Below, piece after piece: positions 9,594 to 13,027 of a DNA stretch of 13,027 nucleotides. The notes below the pieces were generated by a model. The model worked only from the letters and a program-made list of their open reading frames with translations, had not been told where the DNA came from and searched no databases. Source of the DNA: Gemmatimonadales bacterium (lineage in GTDB: Bacteria > Gemmatimonadota > Gemmatimonadetes > Gemmatimonadales > GWC2-71-9); assembly GCA_039794085.1 (NCBI GenBank), contig JBDIWC010000079.1:1-13027 (forward strand), in the 5' to 3' direction. Position numbers and translations under genes: made by a program. How positions within the stretch are numbered: the first letter of the stretch is position 1; each line of letters begins with the position of its first letter.

Positions 9594-10206
9594 CTTCGCC
9601 TCCTCCAAAAAAGATTCCTCCAGGCGTAACGAAAGTCGGTGTACCGCGTACACCCAGCGCATCCGCCAAGCGGCGGTCGTCCTTCAGCCGCCGTTCTGTG
9701 GATTCAGACATCAAACAACTTGCAAAGACCTCTACGTCATGGATGCCTGCGCTGAGAGCGACCGCCACCCAATCTGGAGGGCGAGACCAGTCCGAGAGGG
9801 TAATGAGCTTCTGATGCATCGACTCGAACTTCCCCTCATCCTCCGCGCATATCGCTGCCCGAGCAGCGGGCTCCGCGTAATCGTGGATGCTGAGGGGAAA
9901 ATGTCGTATGACCACTCCACGGCGAGCATCCCCTGCAGCGGCCTCAACCTGTGGCGCCACAGATTTGCATCCCGGGCACTGGTAATCGATAAACTCGACC
10001 ACCGGCGCGATCTCCGAATCGACAAACCGGAGGAGGCTTGGCCCCTCCGCAAGCACATCCCATACCAACGCGATCCTGCGCTGTGACTCATGTGTTTGTT
10101 TCCGCTCGGCGACCCAAGCTCCAATAGGACCATTGGGACGCAGAAGCATAACTGCGAGCGTTGCCAGGATGGCGAGGTTAGCCAAGGCGTTTAGACGGTC
10201 ACGCAT
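9556..10206 (-). CDS. Membrane-anchored DsbA-family thioredoxin-fold oxidoreductase
   Basis: N-terminal hydrophobic anchor, VEFIDYQCPGC active site, RHFPL, and GVRGTPTF cis-Pro motif; SD GAGGAG 8 nt upstream. Confidence 0.93.
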   Translation of the reverse strand: MRDRLNALANLAILATLAVMLLRPNGPIGAWVAERKQTHESQRRIALVWDVLAEGPSLLRFVDSEIAPVVEFIDYQCPGCKSVAPQVEAAAGDARRGVVIRHFPLSIHDYAEPAARAAICAEDEGKFESMHQKLITLSDWSRPPDWVAVALSAGIHDVEVFASCLMSESTERRLKDDRRLADALGVRGTPTFVTPGGIFFGGGEVEAAFRSAGQAR

Positions 10207-10229
10207 CGGGCCAGCTCCTCTATCAACTG

Positions 10230-10257
10230 ATTATAGCGCAGAGTTTGGTCATTCCAA
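10230..10257 (-). promoter_or_regulatory. Putative sigma70 promoter for dsbA-propeller
   Basis: Minus strand TTGGAA-N16-TATAAT, ending 23 nt upstream of the dsbA ATG. Confidence 0.55.
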
Positions 10258-10280
10258 CCCGGCCACCCCAGCAGGGCGAA

Positions 10281-10309
10281 GGGTGCAGTGCTCTTGGAGC
10301 ACCGCACCC
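10281..10309 (-). terminator. Stem-loop downstream of the small peptide gene (attenuating or mRNA-stabilising hairpin)
   Basis: Minus strand GGGTGCGGTGCTC-CAA-GAGCACTGCACCC, a 13-bp stem with one G.U pair that forms only on this strand; followed by only TT, so not a classic strong terminator. Confidence 0.55.
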
Positions 10310-10331
10310 CGATCGCACCTTGGGTTGACTC

Positions 10332-10529
10332 TCAGGGTTCAAGACAGGTCGAAGTGGTTTCCCCGTTGCAGATGGTAATGATGCACGACGTTTCCGCGTC
10401 CCAACACGAGAAGCAGCCTTTCACGCCGACGCACTTGTCGCCCTCATCTGCGGCCTCTGCGGGAGAGTGGGAGCCAGCGACGAGCATGATCGCGACGATC
10501 CCAATCGTTCTTGCCAGCAGACCTTTCAT
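10332..10529 (-). CDS. Small secreted six-cysteine peptide (hypothetical)
   Basis: GGAGG 6 nt before ATG; Sec-type signal MKGLLARTIGIVAIMLVAGSHSPAEA; predicted 39-aa mature part with C-x5-C-x2-C-x6-C-x4-C-x7-C; hairpin follows the stop. Confidence 0.8.
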   Translation of the reverse strand: MKGLLARTIGIVAIMLVAGSHSPAEAADEGDKCVGVKGCFSCWDAETSCIITICNGETTSTCLEP

Positions 10530-11097
10530 TGTTGTCCTCCGGGTGGGTGTGTGAATGACCTACATATCCGCTGAGTAATACTACCAACTGAACGCTGCGA
10601 GGAAACGTTTCGGCAGAATGTACCCGCCGAGTGTAGCCATCTGACGTCTTCCCTTCTGCAAGCCACTCCATCCCTTGTCCTCCTTGTCCCAATAGAACGA
10701 TTGACCGTGCGATTCTCCTTCACCGAGTCGGATTCCACCTGTCCTTCGCTGGAAAGCCGAGGATCATCGGACCGCCGAGCGCCGCCGGTAGTCGCAGTGG
10801 ATCCAGTCCCGCGTTCCGGACGTTGTCTTCCAAGGAGCGCATCTGGTGGGGGCGGAATTTGCAGCCCGTACCATAACAACCGGACGCTGGCATCCTGTTA
10901 TCCTGAAAAGCTTTCGCGTCGCGGGCTATCACCTGTTGTGCAAGCGCCGACAATGTCTGTCAGGTGACATGCCGACCGCCTTCGAGCCGTCTGGCGGTTC
11001 GCCGCGACCCGTAGCAGGAAGCAGCGGTTTGCCAGTTGTGCAATTGGCGGAGTGTGAGTCGTCCACGGAAGAATGATCTACAAAAGGAGGGGGACAG

Positions 11098-11816
<719 letters not shown>

Positions 11817-11897
11817 CTCCTTGGACACTCCGGATGACGGTTCCGTGGTCATTGATCATTGTTCAACGGACCCTCGCGATAACGTGATCACCGGGTC

Positions 11898-12296
11898 TCA
11901 GCATCCCGGAACGCGCTCGATGCCGGGAATCCCGTCGAAGTGACGGTCAAAGCTCATGATCCGCGACACGCCGTGCCGCTCCATGACCGCGGCATGCACA
12001 GCATCCCGCGCCGAGACCGGCCGGCTCAGGACGATCGACTTGGCCCGCTCGACATCTTCCGCGTCGACGGGAAAGACGACGTCCACGATGCCCGTGATGA
12101 CATCGAACGCGGGCTGGATGGCGTCTCGACGTGCGATCGCCACGTAGCGGTGGAGGATCTCCTGCAGCACCTCGGCGCTGGTGACCAGGCGCTCCTGGCG
12201 GGCCACCGCCTCCTCGACCAATCGGCGCGCGGCGGCCTGGTGGTGAACAGAGTCGCCCACCAGGTACATCGGGATGTTCGAATCCACAAAGATCAC
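11898..12296 (-). CDS. vapC: PIN-domain ribonuclease toxin, VapC family
   Basis: GTG start at 12296 overlapping the antitoxin stop (GTGA); [29 protein letters not shown] and IMSFDRHFD supply the four PIN acidic residues; 132 aa. Confidence 0.93.
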   Translation of the reverse strand: MIFVDSNIPMYLVGDSVHHQAAARRLVEEAVARQERLVTSAEVLQEILHRYVAIARRDAIQPAFDVITGIVDVVFPVDAEDVERAKSIVLSRPVSARDAVHAAVMERHGVSRIMSFDRHFDGIPGIERVPGC

Positions 12297-12547
12297 GCGG
12301 GATCCTCGAGGTAGCCCCGCTCGATCTCGGCCACCATCTGCTCTATCTCCCCGGCCGGAAAGCGATGCCGCACCGCTTCCCGGACCGCACGGAGCTTCCG
12401 CTCGGCGGGCCAGGCCGGCTCCGCCTCCCGCGCAGCTCGCAACGCGCGCCGGACCCATTCCGCGACCGTCACCCGCTGAACCCGGGCCACACGCTTGATC
12501 TCGCGGAACTCCGCCTCGTCCAGCAGGACCTGAAGACGCTTACTCAT
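12293..12547 (-). CDS. Antitoxin, ribbon-helix-helix/CopG-like (VapB-type)
   Basis: [36 protein letters not shown] is a strand-helix-helix pattern; 84 aa, translationally coupled upstream of vapC. Confidence 0.88.
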   Translation of the reverse strand: MSKRLQVLLDEAEFREIKRVARVQRVTVAEWVRRALRAAREAEPAWPAERKLRAVREAVRHRFPAGEIEQMVAEIERGYLEDPA

Positions 12548-12583
12548 GTACATGAGTATAGAATACTCATTTAAATGAGTCAA
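12541..12583 (-). promoter_or_regulatory. sigma70 promoter and double palindromic operator of the TA operon
   Basis: TTGACT (12583-12578)-N17-TATACT (12560-12555); perfect palindromes TACTCATGTACATGAGTA (12541-12558) and ACTCATTTAAATGAGT (12565-12580). Confidence 0.85.
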
Positions 12584-12626
12584 TATCCTCCAGAGTGGTT
12601 GTCCCCCGGCGGGAGAGCAGCTACTC

Positions 12627-13027
12627 GGAAAGACGCCCCCATAGTGGACGGGCTCCAAGTGCTTGTGCCTTCGTGTGACCCATCCCTCTACAAGACGCGA
12701 CCCAGAGTCGCTCACGAGGGCGTAAGTCTCTGCCTGCTCGACCATGGACCCCGGCATGCGCCGGGGTGACGTTCCGATGTACGCTCGGGACCCGGCTCTT
12801 CTTCGCACCTTCGCGTCTTCGCGTGAGTTCCCTGCACAATCCCGAGCGCTCTCCTACGCCTCAGTCTTTCACACTTCGAACTTCGCACTTCAAACTTCTT
12901 ATGGACCCCGGCGTGCGCCGGGGTGACGTTCCGATGTACGCTCGGGACCCGGCTCCTCTTCGCGCCTTCGCGTCTTCGCGTGAGTTCCCTGCACAATCCC
13001 TGAGCGTTCTCCTGGGCCCCCAGTCTT
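12627..13027. repeat. Composite repeat array, units 2-4 (157-bp period), running off the window
   Basis: 12744-12869 and 12901-13027 are near-identical direct repeats, each starting with palindrome ATGGACCCCGGCRTGCGCCGGGGTGACG and containing CTTCGCRY x3; ACTTCRN heptamers at 12873-12900. Confidence 0.92.

Noticed and set aside
10332..10529. SCIFF/ranthipeptide or lanthipeptide precursor
   Set aside because: It has a Sec-type signal peptide rather than a RiPP leader, and there is no radical SAM maturase, LanB/C/M or peptidase-ABC exporter nearby; ThiC is unrelated.
10526..11076. Short ORFs in the peptide-sigma gap (e.g. 10720..10953)
   Set aside because: No SD, signal peptide or recognisable motif; cannot be supported without a homology search.
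12297..12808. N-terminal extensions of vapC (to 12458) and the antitoxin (to 12808) in the ORF track
   Set aside because: They overlap the partner gene, promoter and repeats; the GTGA overlap and promoter position define the shorter starts.

Overview
GC-rich bacterial window; gene content (orphan duplicated ABC permease, 6-bladed propeller lipoprotein) suggests Gemmatimonadota or similar, by inference only. Left to right: 3' end of an IS30-family element; a small YjdJ-like GNAT; a TPR-like lipoprotein (-); thiC (-) under a TPP riboswitch; a lipocalin-like lipoprotein; an ADOP/MacB-FtsX duplicated permease; a lower-GC minus-strand module of a 65-aa secreted six-cysteine peptide, a DsbA-like oxidoreductase and a 6-bladed beta-propeller lipoprotein; a divergent ECF sigma factor with a (GA)19 tract at its 3' end; and a vapBC-type toxin-antitoxin pair with a near-consensus, probably leaderless promoter, embedded in an array of ~150-160 bp composite repeats. 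Nearly every intergenic gap carries short repeats of several classes (7-mer tandem arrays, 8- and 9-mer triplets, GTAG- and CGTC-tagged REP-like palindromes, BoxC-like hairpins). Best candidates for undescribed biology: the peptide-DsbA-propeller(-ECF) module and the composite-repeat array holding the TA pair like a cassette.
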